Shown in pieces: positions 25,896 to 38,951 of a stretch of DNA of 64,000 bases. The position numbers were made by a program, and so were the translations under genes. This DNA comes from Dipteris shenzhenensis. Lineage: Eukaryota. The DNA lies in NCBI GenBank assembly GCA_047967505.1, contig CM106538.1. One strand, given 5' to 3'. Every line of letters starts with the position of its first letter. Within the stretch, counting starts at the first letter, position 1. The notes beneath the pieces were generated by a model. That model did no database searches, had not been told where the DNA came from, and worked only from the letters and a program-made list of their open reading frames with translations.

Positions 25896-28577
25896 ATGGG
25901 AGTGGGAGGGATGGCAGGGAGATCAGTAGAGCTAGTATTAGTCTGTTGCGCTACGATGATTATGTTGAGATGCTTGGGCGAGAGGCTGAATTTCAAGATG
26001 TTTACGGTGGACGAGATAGAGGATCTGAACTTCAAGGTCTCGTTAGACAACTACCCAGGGATGCAGGCCTTCATACTCGATAAATGGGTCATCAACCAAA
26101 CGTCGGGGCTGGTCGCTTCGCTCTGCTTCATCTCTGCTTCTCCGTCCTCCTCTAATAACTCTGCTTCCTCCTCTTACGTTCTCGCCGTCTGCTTATGGAA
26201 TGCAAAGGACGACGTATTCCAGCATTCTGCGGCTGCGCTGGTGCTGTGGATCGCCAATCGCCACAACCCCGTCTCAGGCAACTTCTCGCTCTCTTTCCAT
26301 AACGCCAACCTCGCTTTGCATCACGGCGACGGCACCTTAGCTTGGTCTTCCAACTCCCCCTCCCTCCCCCACGCCTGGTTGGACCTCACCGTCGACCCTC
26401 GCACTCCTCCTGGTCTCGGAAACCTCGCCATTTACAACTATGCTCATGGCGTTCGCTCTCCATTGCCGCTATGGCAGAGCTCTGATCACCCGTCCGACAC
26501 CCTCGTTCCCCTTCAAGCCCTCCACCCCGGCAGCCTGCTTGTCAGCTGGGCTTCTTCCACCGATCCATCCCCAGGCCCTTACAGCCTCGTTATGAAGCCT
26601 TGTGGCCTCGTCCTCTACTGGAGCTTCCCCCATCCCCTCCCTTACTGGGTATGGACCTACGACAATGGCGCCAACGACACTTCTTCTGCCAGGAGCTCTT
26701 GCCATCAAAACGTCTCCGCCGTGATCGATCCGGACGCTTCATTCCTTTGGCTAGGCCCCAGCAACATTACTCTTCCACACGACTTGTCTTCCGAGGATTA
26801 CCAGGCTTATGTTTCCTACTTCAACAGTCAGCAGAACTCCAACCTTAGCTTCTTGCGGCTGCAGCCAGATGGAAATCTGGTTGCCTACACGGCGGATATT
26901 GACCGCTTCATTCCCCGTTTGGATGTGTTAAATGGTGATTCTTGCTCTCTTCCGAGCTACTGTGGACCTTATGGAGTATGTTCCACCAACAACAAATCGC
27001 CATGTGATTGTCCTGCAAACTCTACTGGTTCTTTTCTGTCGCAGTTCTTCGACCATAATCAGGGTTGCCCGCCGACTCACAACCTTGCATCTTGCAACAG
27101 TACTGGCATTTCGCAACGCCAAACGTTCCTCCGGCTAATTGGGGTGGACTATTTCTCCAATAAATACTTGCCCACGTTGCTTTTCGCCACAGAAGAGGCT
27201 TGCAAGGATGAGTGCTTACGAAACTGTTCCTGTCTTGCCGCTTTTTGGCATACACACACTTTGTCTTGCTTTCACGTCCATCAAAATATGGGCAGTTTAC
27301 AAGGCTCCTTGAACGCTAGCTATCTAGCTTATCTGAAGGTAGTAGATGTTGCGGAATCAACCAGCACTTCCAACGCAAGCCCAATTGTAGCCGGACTAGT
27401 TTCGAAGGCAAGCCCAATTGCAACCGGAGTGGTTTCCAGTATAGCTGCCCTTCTTACTGCAGTGACTGCTTTGGGAGTTTTTATCTACAACAAACTGCGT
27501 GCCAATACTTTGGACGATGAAGAACCTTCCTTCGAGTCTATTATACCAGGGTTGCCTTCAAGATACACGTATGAATACCTTTCTTCGATAACAAATGGAT
27601 TTTCTGAGACGCTGGGTCGCGGTGGGTTTGGTAACGTTTATGCTGGCGTTCTTCAGGATGGGACGAGAGTAGCGGTGAAGGAGTTAGAAAGCTTGAGGCA
27701 AGGGAGCAAAGAGTTCAGAGCAGAGGTAGCAATTTTGGGAGCAATCCATCACTACAATTTAGTTCGTCTGGTTGGATTTTGTGCGCAATCCACACACAGA
27801 CTTCTGGTGTACGAGTACATGTCTAAAGGGTCACTGGATCAGTGGCTCTTTGGTAGCAGCCGGACAGAAATTCCATTGGATTGGCAGATAAGATTCAACA
27901 TAATCCTGGGAGCAGCACATGGCGTTGCATACCTACACGAAGGGTGCAGAGACAAGATCATCCATCTCGACATTAAGCCCCAAAACATTCTTCTTGACGA
28001 CGATTTTGTTGCCAAGGTATCCGATTTCGGGCTTTCGCGACTCATGTCCAGGGATGAGACTCATGTTGTAACTACAATGAGGGGTACGCCTGGTTACTTA
28101 GCCCCTGAGTGGCTTACGCATGGGGCTATCACTGAGAAATGTGATGTTTACAGCTTCGGGATGCTGCTTATGGAGATAGTCAGTGGGCGTAAGAACCTTG
28201 ACTATGCAGCAGAGACGGAACGAGCCTACTTTCCAGGGTGGGCATTTGACGTCTTAGCCTCAAAACAAGGAAGACTGGCTGATTTGACCAACGCCCAGCT
28301 TGACACGCCAGAGAAGATCATGCAAGCGACACGGGTGATGAACACAGCTTTCTTGTGTGTTTTGGAAGATCCTGACTTACGGCCGTCCATGGGAACAGTT
28401 GTGCGGATGCTCGAAGGTCGAGTGCCTGGTTTGGATCTTCACCGCTCACATGTATTTCAGAGTCTTCGGTTCGCAATCAGGTTGCCGTGTCCTTTAGCCC
28501 GGACTCTGCTTAACGAAGCATTCGGTAACTTGTTTGATGCTTCTAGTGAACCCTGTATCTCGACCCAGACTGGTTGA
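25896..28577 (+). CDS. G-type lectin S-receptor-like Ser/Thr kinase (SD-2-like, non-RD), intronless, 893 aa
   Basis: N-terminal hydrophobic signal; bulb-lectin (WIANRHNPV, GNLAIY, LWQSSDHPSDTL); EGF-like CSLPSYCGPYGVC; PAN CKDECLRNCSC; TM helix; kinase GRGGFG, VAVK, HLDIKPQN, DFG, GTPGYLAPEW. The ORF is uninterrupted. Confidence 0.96.
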   Translation: MGVGGMAGRSVELVLVCCATMIMLRCLGERLNFKMFTVDEIEDLNFKVSLDNYPGMQAFILDKWVINQTSGLVASLCFISASPSSSNNSASSSYVLAVCLWNAKDDVFQHSAAALVLWIANRHNPVSGNFSLSFHNANLALHHGDGTLAWSSNSPSLPHAWLDLTVDPRTPPGLGNLAIYNYAHGVRSPLPLWQSSDHPSDTLVPLQALHPGSLLVSWASSTDPSPGPYSLVMKPCGLVLYWSFPHPLPYWVWTYDNGANDTSSARSSCHQNVSAVIDPDASFLWLGPSNITLPHDLSSEDYQAYVSYFNSQQNSNLSFLRLQPDGNLVAYTADIDRFIPRLDVLNGDSCSLPSYCGPYGVCSTNNKSPCDCPANSTGSFLSQFFDHNQGCPPTHNLASCNSTGISQRQTFLRLIGVDYFSNKYLPTLLFATEEACKDECLRNCSCLAAFWHTHTLSCFHVHQNMGSLQGSLNASYLAYLKVVDVAESTSTSNASPIVAGLVSKASPIATGVVSSIAALLTAVTALGVFIYNKLRANTLDDEEPSFESIIPGLPSRYTYEYLSSITNGFSETLGRGGFGNVYAGVLQDGTRVAVKELESLRQGSKEFRAEVAILGAIHHYNLVRLVGFCAQSTHRLLVYEYMSKGSLDQWLFGSSRTEIPLDWQIRFNIILGAAHGVAYLHEGCRDKIIHLDIKPQNILLDDDFVAKVSDFGLSRLMSRDETHVVTTMRGTPGYLAPEWLTHGAITEKCDVYSFGMLLMEIVSGRKNLDYAAETERAYFPGWAFDVLASKQGRLADLTNAQLDTPEKIMQATRVMNTAFLCVLEDPDLRPSMGTVVRMLEGRVPGLDLHRSHVFQSLRFAIRLPCPLARTLLNEAFGNLFDASSEPCISTQTG

Positions 28578-28911
28578 AATCTCTACCGGCGAGTCTACTC
28601 AATACAAATTGTGATAACCAGTAACATCACCCGACGATGAGCTAGAAACCTACCTTGGTCAAGTCTCAAGTTGGGATCATAGGTTGCCTTTCATTGCAAG
28701 AAAAAGTTTTACTTACAACCCTCAATATTTGAATTGCTTTTTTAAGAATTTCCTAATTTTAAACCTTAGCATTGCTTTTAGTTGGGGAAATGTATTTCCT
28801 AGCATTTCATACTCTCTCTTTCATAGATCCATTGAACATGTGTATCTATTTAAATACCAGTTAAGTTTTGACATTGCCTTTAGTTGGATTTTTTTTTTGG
28901 GTGGCAATCCA

Positions 28912-28955
<44 letters not shown>

Positions 28956-29124
28956 ATTGGATAACATGTAAGCCCATGGCCTGTACATCAAAGGACATGT
29001 ATCTAGTCAACTTTAGATTACTCTAATAGTGGCACTCCTAGAGAAATGCTTTCAATCATAGAATTCCAACCACCATGCCACAAATCTTTCCACAACGGAA
29101 GGACTCAACAATTTCAACTAACTT

Positions 29125-30373
29125 TACAACCCAATGGAAACCACAAAAAAGCGCACCTGGCTCATTTTGCAACTAGAGTGATCTGCATAAGGTATGTCCC
29201 AAAAATCATGGCCCTATGGCAATGACCGCTACTAAAAATAGGACCTGAGATGCCTCAAAACATAGATATCACTACATAATCAGACTCACTAGGAAAATCT
29301 ACAAATATCACTCTTCTCCTAGAACTCTAGGATCCCAACCAATGAATGGGAAATGGGGCGTCAACCCTTGCAATTGACCAAAAAGTAAAACCTTAGGAAA
29401 CTTAGAAACCTTAGCAAAAAAAGCCACGTGGTAATTGTGTGGAACTTGTGCAGAAAATCCAAATAGAGGAGAAAACATTGACACAAACTTCTGGAATTCC
29501 CTGAATACTCCACCAAGTCATGCAAAAATTTGCAGAGGTCAGTATTAGCCCATCCTTGAATCACCAAAATAGACAGATTTGGAACTAGTGGTCTGAGCGA
29601 GCGGGTCCAGTAGACGAGCATCCGAACATAGGAAGAGATCAAAGAAGATGAAATGCTTGATTCCATAGCTTATTGTTGGTCTTGTTCCTTCTCCCAAGCT
29701 GGTTGGAAGCTGAATGGAGGCTTGGAAGTTGAACTAGAGCTCATGGGTCACGAAATAGCATCAGTTGCAACACAGATTCACAAAAATGGGCTCCTTCCTT
29801 GCTCAAGGCTTTCACAAAGCTTGTGAAATGAGCAACAGAGTTCAAAGCCTGGGAATGCTAGCACCCACGACATGATTCCAAAAGAAATTAGCTCACTCAG
29901 GCTCAAAAATCATCACAGGCTCCAAAAAATGACTTTTGCTTCCAAGAGAACCACCTACACCTTGCAAAACCACTCAGAGACTTCCAAAAATCACTTGTAG
30001 GCTTCTACAATGTTCTAATACCACTTGGGAAGCTCAAACAAGAAACCACATGCTTGCTCTGTCCTACCACAGAGCTGCAGTAACAGACAACATGCACACA
30101 CACGGGCTCAGCTAGACCATACAAAAGCCTCAGCCAAACCACCCAGGCTTTGATACCAATTGAGAGTGCTCTCAACAGAAGTGGAACGAAAGAGAGTGAG
30201 AGAGAGGGAGATCCAGACGAGAGCCATACAAGTTTTGTGGGTGCAAAGTACCCCAATCTTGTATGTCATCCATATATATATGTGTGTATGTGTGTGTGTG
30301 CGTGCATGTGTGTGTGTGTGTTTGAGTATTGTACATCATCGGGGTTAAGGAACAGTGGCATATAACCCCCACA
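29125..30373 (-). mobile_element. Truncated Copia-2 relative: one LTR, PBS and 5' leader only
   Basis: LTR tgagagtgctctcaac...acccccaca at 30161-30373; PBS-like gctttgatacca at 30147-30158; 29125-29360 aligns to the Copia-2 leader at ~21605-21845. No second LTR or coding sequence. Confidence 0.85.
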
Positions 30374-31353
30374 AAATCCACCCCCCCCAACAACACGAGA
30401 AAACTCTTCATAGAGGCCAGCCCAACTTGCTACCTCCAAATTGTTGGAGACGATGGAGAGGCCTCGTGCACAAATGTAGGACTCAAAATCCCCCCCCCAA
30501 ACAACAGGGAAAACTCTACTCAAAACCCTTAGCCCTTCGTCAATGTCTCCAGCAAATCCATAGAGCACAGAAGACTGTATTAGATAATTCGGGAAAAACC
30601 TAATTCCCAGAATGGCAGTTTTGGAAGAAATTGTAGCCTTTCTCCATGAAAAAATAGGAGGAATATGTGAAAATAGACTAGATTGCCATTCATGAAGTAT
30701 GTAATATCTACTACATTCTCAAATAATAAATAGAATATCAGTGTCTCAACTACGTTATCATCAAGAAAATAATAAAATTCGAAATCCATTTGAGTGAGAT
30801 TCATCTCGTGAGCCATAGTGGTGTTCAAAAACACCGTCATAATAGCTCTCTAGAATTTCCATTGATATTGAAACTCGCTTTATTGTGAGCATTCTCATTT
30901 GAATGCAAGATATGTAGTTGATGTAAAATCAATGGGCAATGACAAGCATTTAATGTAAAATTAGGTGGCAATGACAATCATTTATCGTGCACTTTCAACG
31001 GTTAGACTGACTAGCATGATTGTAAAAGGATAACTTTACATGTCATGTTTATTACTCATTGCGAAGGAAAAAATACACTTTAGGATGAAAACATAACAAC
31101 TTGTTGATGCACCATTGAAAGCCTTGAAATAAATCATGATTACAAAGAAACTCTCAATGCCAGCTTTGCACAATCCATTAGAAAGAATGGCATGAGGGAC
31201 ACTCCGTCAAACTCCATTATGAATGTAGTTATGAACATGTTTGCATATTATTCACACACAACAATTATGCACCAATTTACACAGCTAGAAAGAAAGTAGT
31301 AATTTCCATAAGTAATGATTGCACAAAGAAATACAATGTTATTATTCAAAACT

Positions 31354-31897
31354 CATTGTAGCTCCTCTCCTACATGTATATCATTTATGGATTCAATACA
31401 AATATGACCATATTCTGCAATATCTATGTTCATCATGGGGTCATACCAAGGTGGAAAGCTAGGAGAAAATACATAACTAACATTTGGCTTTGCATACGGT
31501 ATTTCCATTGCTGTTAATAAACCCTACCACATTGCCATATTGAACATCACCAACAATATGCACCATATCCTTCATAGGGATAGTAGGGTCCTCTTGGATG
31601 GAGTAGTTCTTTAGCCTTGGATGAACTTGACATAATTCCTTCCAGTCTCTGTAGGAGTACTTGTCACCTCCATAATAGAGAATAGTGGTCCCTATCTTGA
31701 TGAAGTCATGCACAAACAAGCCCAAGCCAACTAATGGTTGACTCATGCACCTCGAAAGTCACATTTTTGATCCAGAACACTTTGTTGATAGGGATAGGTA
31801 GCTTTGGTGGTCTGAATGGATCTCGTTCTGGTATGTACCTACTCAAGCATGATTTGAACGCATATCTCTCTACATCAAAAAAGACAATTCCAATTAC
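31354..31897 (-). pseudogene. SET-domain protein remnant (frameshifted)
   Basis: Manual translation across frameshifts: TFEVHESTI/GLGLFVHDFIKIGTTILYYGG...GNVVGFINS.../PNVSYV...GHICIESINDIHVGEEL, matching SET motifs GxGLF, FINS(H) and DI..GEEL. Confidence 0.78.
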
Positions 31898-32097
31898 CTA
31901 CAACAACAGTTATATAGACTTGAGATAAAATGAAAAAACACTTTGACATCTGTACCTACATGGAAATTATGCATTCTGTAGTTGGTTTATGTAGGCCTTA
32001 GAAATGTGTTTCTTGATATAGAGACCTTTGTACCCTAGGTCTATAGCCAATTGAGAAACTTGCATAGCATTCATGCTAGAGAGTTGTGGAGCATTCC

Positions 32098-33110
32098 TTA
32101 AAAGTCTTCTTTGGGATGCATTGAGTTCAAGCACCTAGCTATCACCACCATGGGTTGACTAGGTTGTACACCCTTTGGTTCTGTATTTTCACCTATAGCC
32201 CTCTCTCTTAGTTGATCTGCAAGAGGAAGATTTCTTGTTTTATATTCCATTCTTGACCATGCATGACTTTCCTCCCTCCATTCATCAATTACTTTCTGGA
32301 CAAGGTTGAAATCCTTATGCCCCTCCATCACAGGTAATTGTCCATAGCAATCATGCTGCGCACATCTTTAGCCTCATTGAGTTGTAGTAAGTAAGGCATC
32401 AACTCTCCTCTAAGTAGAGTATTATCATCCTTGTCTTGTACATCAAACGTTGAATAAAATATGCAATTTGATAGAGGGCTAACGCAAGCCTTGTATGGGG
32501 AGTCATCAACAAGGATTGTCTTTCTTGCATCACATCCAAATGCCTTTGAGATTTTTGCTAAGGGTCTGAACATTGCCTCAACACCAACCTTGTCGGGCCT
32601 ATTTATCCTCGTCTTACTATAAGTGTAGCATCCTTGCTGAGACCATATAACAAATAAAGGGAGGCTCTCATTTGCATAATTTTGTAGTCCTACCATATCA
32701 AGTACGTTATGCTCCATTGTAGTTGACCAGATACGTACATTAAATCTTTATAGCAAGATTTTAAGGAATTCTATGCACCCAAGATGAACAACCATATAAA
32801 TATTTTTGTCATGCATAATAGATGGATGTATTGGCGACTTGAATAGGTAGTGACTCAATAGCAAGCCATTCAAGTCTAATATGATTGTTATTCTTGGCAT
32901 ATCCAAAGAAATTGTATGTGGATATAGATCCAAATTCTCCTTGAAGTTGCTAGCTTTTGACTCATCGAAATTGTTAGGTGCTACGTTTTCATACATGTTT
33001 GCAACAACAATAAGATTATCTAGTCTTATCCCCAATGTTGAGATAGTATGTTCATCCATGTTCTCTTCTAAAAGTATAGGATTAATGATATTCCTTGCAA
33101 TTGTCTCCAT
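32098..33110 (-). pseudogene. FCP1/SCP-like (NIF, HAD-family) phosphatase remnant
   Basis: IILDLNGLL...GCIEFLKILL*RFNVRIWST...IWSQQGC...KTILVDDSPYKA. One in-frame stop at 32748 joins ORFs 32748-33110 and 32328-32717. Confidence 0.8.
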
Positions 33111-33345
33111 TTTTGTGTTATGTTTTCTTCTATACCCCCTGTATCGATCGCATCATTAATAGTCCCCATTTTGGATGGTATGTTGTCCTCTACATTGATA
33201 GTCCCCATTTTGGGTGGTATGTTGTCTGCTACAATAGCACCTGATGCACTCCTTGATGATGCCATGCTTCACAACAGCCTCTTCTTCATACTCATCATCC
33301 TCATCCTCATCCTCATCCATTGGTGTTATTCTCCAACTATTCGCA

Positions 33346-36300
33346 TGAGGTTGTGGACAATGGCACCAGTGCCATTCATTACATGGATTGAAGAGAATTG
33401 CACTTAGAGTGCCATTCCCCATTCTCCATGTGATGAATGTCAATAGTTCCATTCTACCCACCATAATTTGATTATTTGGAGAATGGCACCAGTGCTAAAC
33501 TTCACAACTTCTTATGATCTTTTGGAGAATGGTACTAGAGTCATCCTCCATGTAGACTTTTCACAAGATGTCAATAGCACTAATGCTAATGTTCATGTGA
33601 GTTTGTAGAGAGTGGCATTGATGCCATTATTCAGATACCAAGGTTGTCACGTGAGATTTTTCTCATAAAAAAATTGGAGGAACCTTAATAAATGATGATT
33701 AGAGATTGGTAAATGTTCCATTCCCCACAACATATAATGGTTGGACAATGGCACCAGTGCCATTCTCCACAACATCATATGATTATTTGAAGAATGTTAC
33801 AAGTGTTATTCTCTATTCTCCATGTGATGAATGACACTGGTGCCATTATCAACAACACCATATGATTATTTAGATAATGGCACCAGTGACATTCATCACA
33901 TGGATTTTTGAGGATGGCACCAATTCCATCCTCCATCCTCCATGTGATGAATGGCACCAATGTCATTCTCTAAGTAACCACATGATGTTTTGGAGAACGG
34001 CACCAGTGCCATTATCCTCAAATTCATTTGAGCACTAATGCCAATCTCAATGGGAGTTTGTAGCCATACTCCATGAGAGTATGTGAAGAATCCTACATGA
34101 GAGTTTGTGGATAGTGGAATTGGTGCCATCCTCCATGATGTTGGTTCCATTGTCCACAACAATTCTATTCTCCACAACACATGATGGTTGGAGAATGGCA
34201 CCAGTGCCATTCTCCACAATATCATATGATTATTTGGAGAATGTCACAGTGCTATTCTCTGCTCTCCATGTATTGAATGGCACTAATGTCATTCTCAACC
34301 ACATCATATGATTATTTGGTGAATTGCACTAGTACCATTTCCCACAACACCATCAGACTTTTTGGAGAATGGCACCACTTACATTCATCACATGGATTGT
34401 GGAGGATGGTACCAATGCCATTCTCCATTCTCCATGTGATGAATGGCACTGATGCCATTGTCAAGTAACCTCATGATGTTTTGGAAAATGGCACCAATGC
34501 CAATATCCTCAAATTCATCTGTGAAATAATGCCGATCTAAATGGGAGTTTGTGGAGAATGGCACCCATGCCATACTCCATGAGAGCTCGTGGAGATTGGC
34601 AGTGGTGTCATCCTACATGACCTTGTGGATAATGACACTAGTGCCATTCATCCCATGGATTGCCAAGAATGGAACAAGTTCCATTCTCTAGATATCAAAG
34701 TTATCCTACCAGTGGAACACAAAACATGATATCAGGGTTATCACATTAGAGTCTTCACAAATAATATGTATAGGAACCTAACACATGATGACTATAGAAT
34801 GGTACTAATGCCATTGGTGACAACACTTTATGATTATTTGGAAAATGGCACCAGTGACATTCATCACATGGATTGTGGAGGATGGAACCAATGCCATTCT
34901 CCATTCTCCATGTGATGAATGGAACTCGTGCCATTCCCCAAATATTCATATAGTGTTGTGAACAATGGCACCAGTGTCATTCTCTAAAACTACATCTAAT
35001 CTTTTGGTGATAATGGTCCACTCATGATGGTAGGATCATAGTTCTAGTGTCATTTTCCAAAAAATCATTTGATGTTGTGTAGAATGCCCATTATCATGCT
35101 AGTGGAACATAACACATGATGGCTAGAGAATGGCACTGGTGCCATTGTCCAAAAAATCATATGATATTATGGAGAATGGCACCAGTGTCATTCATCACAT
35201 GGATTGTGGAGAATGGCATCAGTGACAATATTCATGCTCCATGTCATGAATGGCACTAACATCAATCTCCATTACATCATATGATTCTTTGAAGAATTGG
35301 CACTAGTTCCATTCTCCACAATTTCATCTGATGACCTTGAGAGAATGCCAGAACAACATATCTCCATGTGAGTTTGTGGAACCAGTGACAATTACCACAT
35401 GGATTGTGGAGGATGGCACCAATGCAATTCTCTATTCTCCATGTGATAAATGGCACTGATGCCATTCTCCAAGTAACCACATGCCAGTTTTGGAGAATGG
35501 TACCAGTGGCATTCTCCTAAAATTCATCTAAGAACTAATGCCAATCTCAATGGGAGTTTGTGAAGAATGGCACCAGTGCCATTCCATGAGAGTATGTGGA
35601 GAATCATGCATGAGCATTTGTGGATAGTGGAATTGGTTCCATCCTACATGATGTTGGTTCCATTCTCCACAACACGTGATGGTTGGAGAATGGCAGTGGT
35701 GCCATTCTCCACAACATCATATGATTATGTTGAGAATGTCACTAGTTCTATTCTCTATTCTCTATGTGTTCTATGTGTTGAATGGCAATGATGCCATTCT
35801 CAACCACATCATATGATTATTTGGTGAATGGCACTGGTACCATTGTCCACAACACCATCTGATTATTTGGAGAATGGCACTAGTAACATTCATGACATGC
35901 ATTGTGGAGGATGGAACCGATTCTATTCTCCATTATCCATGTGATGAATGGCACTGGTGTCATTCCCCAAATATTCATATAGTGTTGTGGACAATGGCAC
36001 CAGTACCATTCTCTAAAACTACATCTGATGGTAGGATAATAGTACTAGTTTCATTTTCCAAATAATCATCTGATGTTGTGTAGAATGTTCATGATCCTAC
36101 TAGTGGAACATAACACATGATGTGAGGTTATCACATTAGAGTCTTCCCAAATAATATGTATAGGAACCTAATACATGACAAGTATAAAATGGTATTGGTG
36201 CCATTGTCCACAACACCATCTTATTATTTGGAGAATGGCACCAGTGCCATTTATCACATGGATTGTGGAGGATGGAACATGCCATTCTCCATTCTCCATT

Positions 36301-38614
36301 TGATTAATGGTAGTGGTGCCATTCCCCAAGTAACCACATGATGTTTTGGAGAATGGCATTAGTGCCATTCTCCTCAAATTCATCTGACCATAATGCCAAT
36401 CTCAATCGGAGTTTGTGAATAATGACAATGGTTCCATACTCCACGGGAATATGTGGAGAATCCTGCATGAGAGTTTGTAGATAGTGAAATTGGTGCCATC
36501 CTCCATGATGTTGTCAACAATGGTACTAGGCTCATTCAACTATGGATTTAAGAGGATGGCACCAGTGTCATTCTCCAGGTGCCAACGTTGACACATGAGA
36601 GTTTTATCATAGGAAATTTGAGAGGAACCTAACACATGATGGTTGGAAAATGGTAGTAGTTCCATTCTCCACAACAGAGCTATTCTCCACAACACATGAT
36701 CATTCGAGAATGGCACCGGTGCCATTCTCCAAAACATCATATGACTATTTGGAGAATGTTACCACTGCTATTCTCTGTTCTCCCTGTGATGATGCCATTC
36801 TCAATCACATCATATGATTATTTGGCCAATGGCACTGGTACCATTGCCCACAACACCATTTGATTATTTGGAGAATGATATTAGTGACTGTCATCACATG
36901 AATTGTGGAGGATGGCACCAATGCCATTCTCCATTCTCCATGTGATGAATGGTACCAGTGTCATTCTCAAAGTAAACACATGATGTTTTGGAGAATGGCA
37001 CCAGTGCCATTCTCCTCATATTCATGAGGACTAAATCCAATCTAGATGGGAGTTTGTGGAGAATGGCACCGGTTGCCATACTCCATTAGAGCAAGTGGAG
37101 ATTAGCAGTGGTGCCATACTACATAACCTTGTGGAGAATGACGCCAGTGCCATTCATCACATGGATTGTCAAGAATGGCACAAGTTCCATTTCCAGATGT
37201 CAAACATAACAAATGATGGTTGGAGAATGGCAATGGTGCCATTGTCTAAAAACTCATATGATATTATGGAGAATGACACAGATTCCATTCTCCATAGCAC
37301 ATGATGGTTGGAGAATGGCACCAGTGCCATTCTTCACAACATCATATGTTCGGGGGGGTCACTATGTATAAACCCTCTATATCACGTGCATTCAAGGCCT
37401 ATATTTAAAGTCCCTTATCTGTAAAAAATTTCATTAATAAAATGTACCCCTTTCCTATACAAATCTGTAAATTTTTTCCAAAACTATTTTAAATAGTCTC
37501 TTATGTATATTTATTTCTATAAATTTTAGAAATTAAAAAAATCCTTCTGTTGAACTCACGTGATAGGGTTACATATGATGAGTGACCCCCCCGAGATCAT
37601 ATGATTATTCCGAGAATGTCACGAGAGCTATTCTCTATTCTTTATGTGATGAATGGCACTAATGTCATTCTCAACATCATATGATTATTTGGTCAATTGC
37701 TCTAGTACCATTGCCCATAAAACCATTTGATTTTTTGAAGAATGGCACCAGTGACATTCATCACATGGACTGTGGAGGATGGCACCAATGCCATTCTCCA
37801 TTCTCCATATGATGAATGGCACTGATGCCATTCTCCTCAAATCCATCTAAGGACTTATGCCAATCTCAATGGGAGTTTGTGGAGAATGGCACCGGTGCCA
37901 TACACTATGAGAGCTTATGGAGATAGCCAGTGGTGCCATCCTACATGACTTTGTGGAGAATGACACTAGTGCTATTCATCACATGGATTGCCGAGAATAG
38001 CACAAGTTCCATTCTCCAGATGTCAAAGTTATTCTACCAGTGGAACACAAAACATGATCTTAGGGTTATCACATTAGAGTCCTCCCAACTACTATGTATA
38101 AGAACCTAACACATGATGACTATAGAATTGGTACTAGTGCCATTGTCCATAACTCTTTGTGATTATTTGGAGAATGGAACTAGTACCATTCATCACATGG
38201 ATTGTGGAGGATGGAACCAATGCCATTCTCCATTCTCCATGTGATCAATGGTACTGGTGCCATGTCCAAATATTCATATAGTGTTGTGGGGACAATGGCA
38301 CCAGTGCCATTCTCTAAAACTAAATTTGATCTTTTGGTGATAATGGTTCTAACTCATGATGGTAGGATAATGTTACTCGTGTCATTATAATCATCTGATA
38401 TTGTGTAGAATGTCCATTATCATGCCAGTGGAACATAACAAATGATGATTGGAGAATGGCACTGGTGCCATTGTCCAAAAAATCCAAGTGATGAATGACA
38501 TTGGATTGAGAAGAATGGCACACATGGATTGAGGAGAATGCCGCATATGGATTGAGGAGAATGACACCAATGCCATTCTCCATTGTCCATGTGATGAATG
38601 TCATTGGATTGAGG
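33346..38614. repeat. Degenerate array of the palindrome GAGAATGGCAC-CA-GTGCCATTCTC (block A)
   Basis: Dozens of full and half copies embedded in longer recurring units. Confidence 0.92.
37349..37595 (+). mobile_element. MITE copy 1 (247 bp)
   Basis: TIR ttcgggggggtcact / agtgacccccccgag; 8-bp TSD ATCATATG at 37341-37348 and 37596-37603; AT-rich core. Confidence 0.92.
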
Positions 38615-38951
38615 CACTACTACACACGGATCCTATTGCGATGTTTATGTACCGATGTTTAGCGCCCGCTTAGCGTTAATCGTCGGTATGAAAAGCGGGT
38701 TTCCTAAATCGTCGCTATATAGCGACTGTTGCTAAAAGTCGCTATATAGCGACACTGATACAAAATATTATAGCGACGTTTTTACAGAGAGGTTTTTTTT
38801 TAAATATAGGCCTTAAAAGTTAGTTTTTTCCAATGACAAATTTTTTTAAATTTTCATACATGTTTGAGCTCATAGAGAATAAAAAAATGAGAGCATGTAC
38901 ATCAAGCCTTTGAAGCTCATATATTCATGTCCAAGTTTGAGATGAGAAAAA

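Noticed and set aside
30560-30580. Target-site duplication for the candidate giant element
   Set aside because: The flanks (cagaag left, gttaca right) give no 2-9 bp direct repeat at any tested boundary, so the ends remain provisional.
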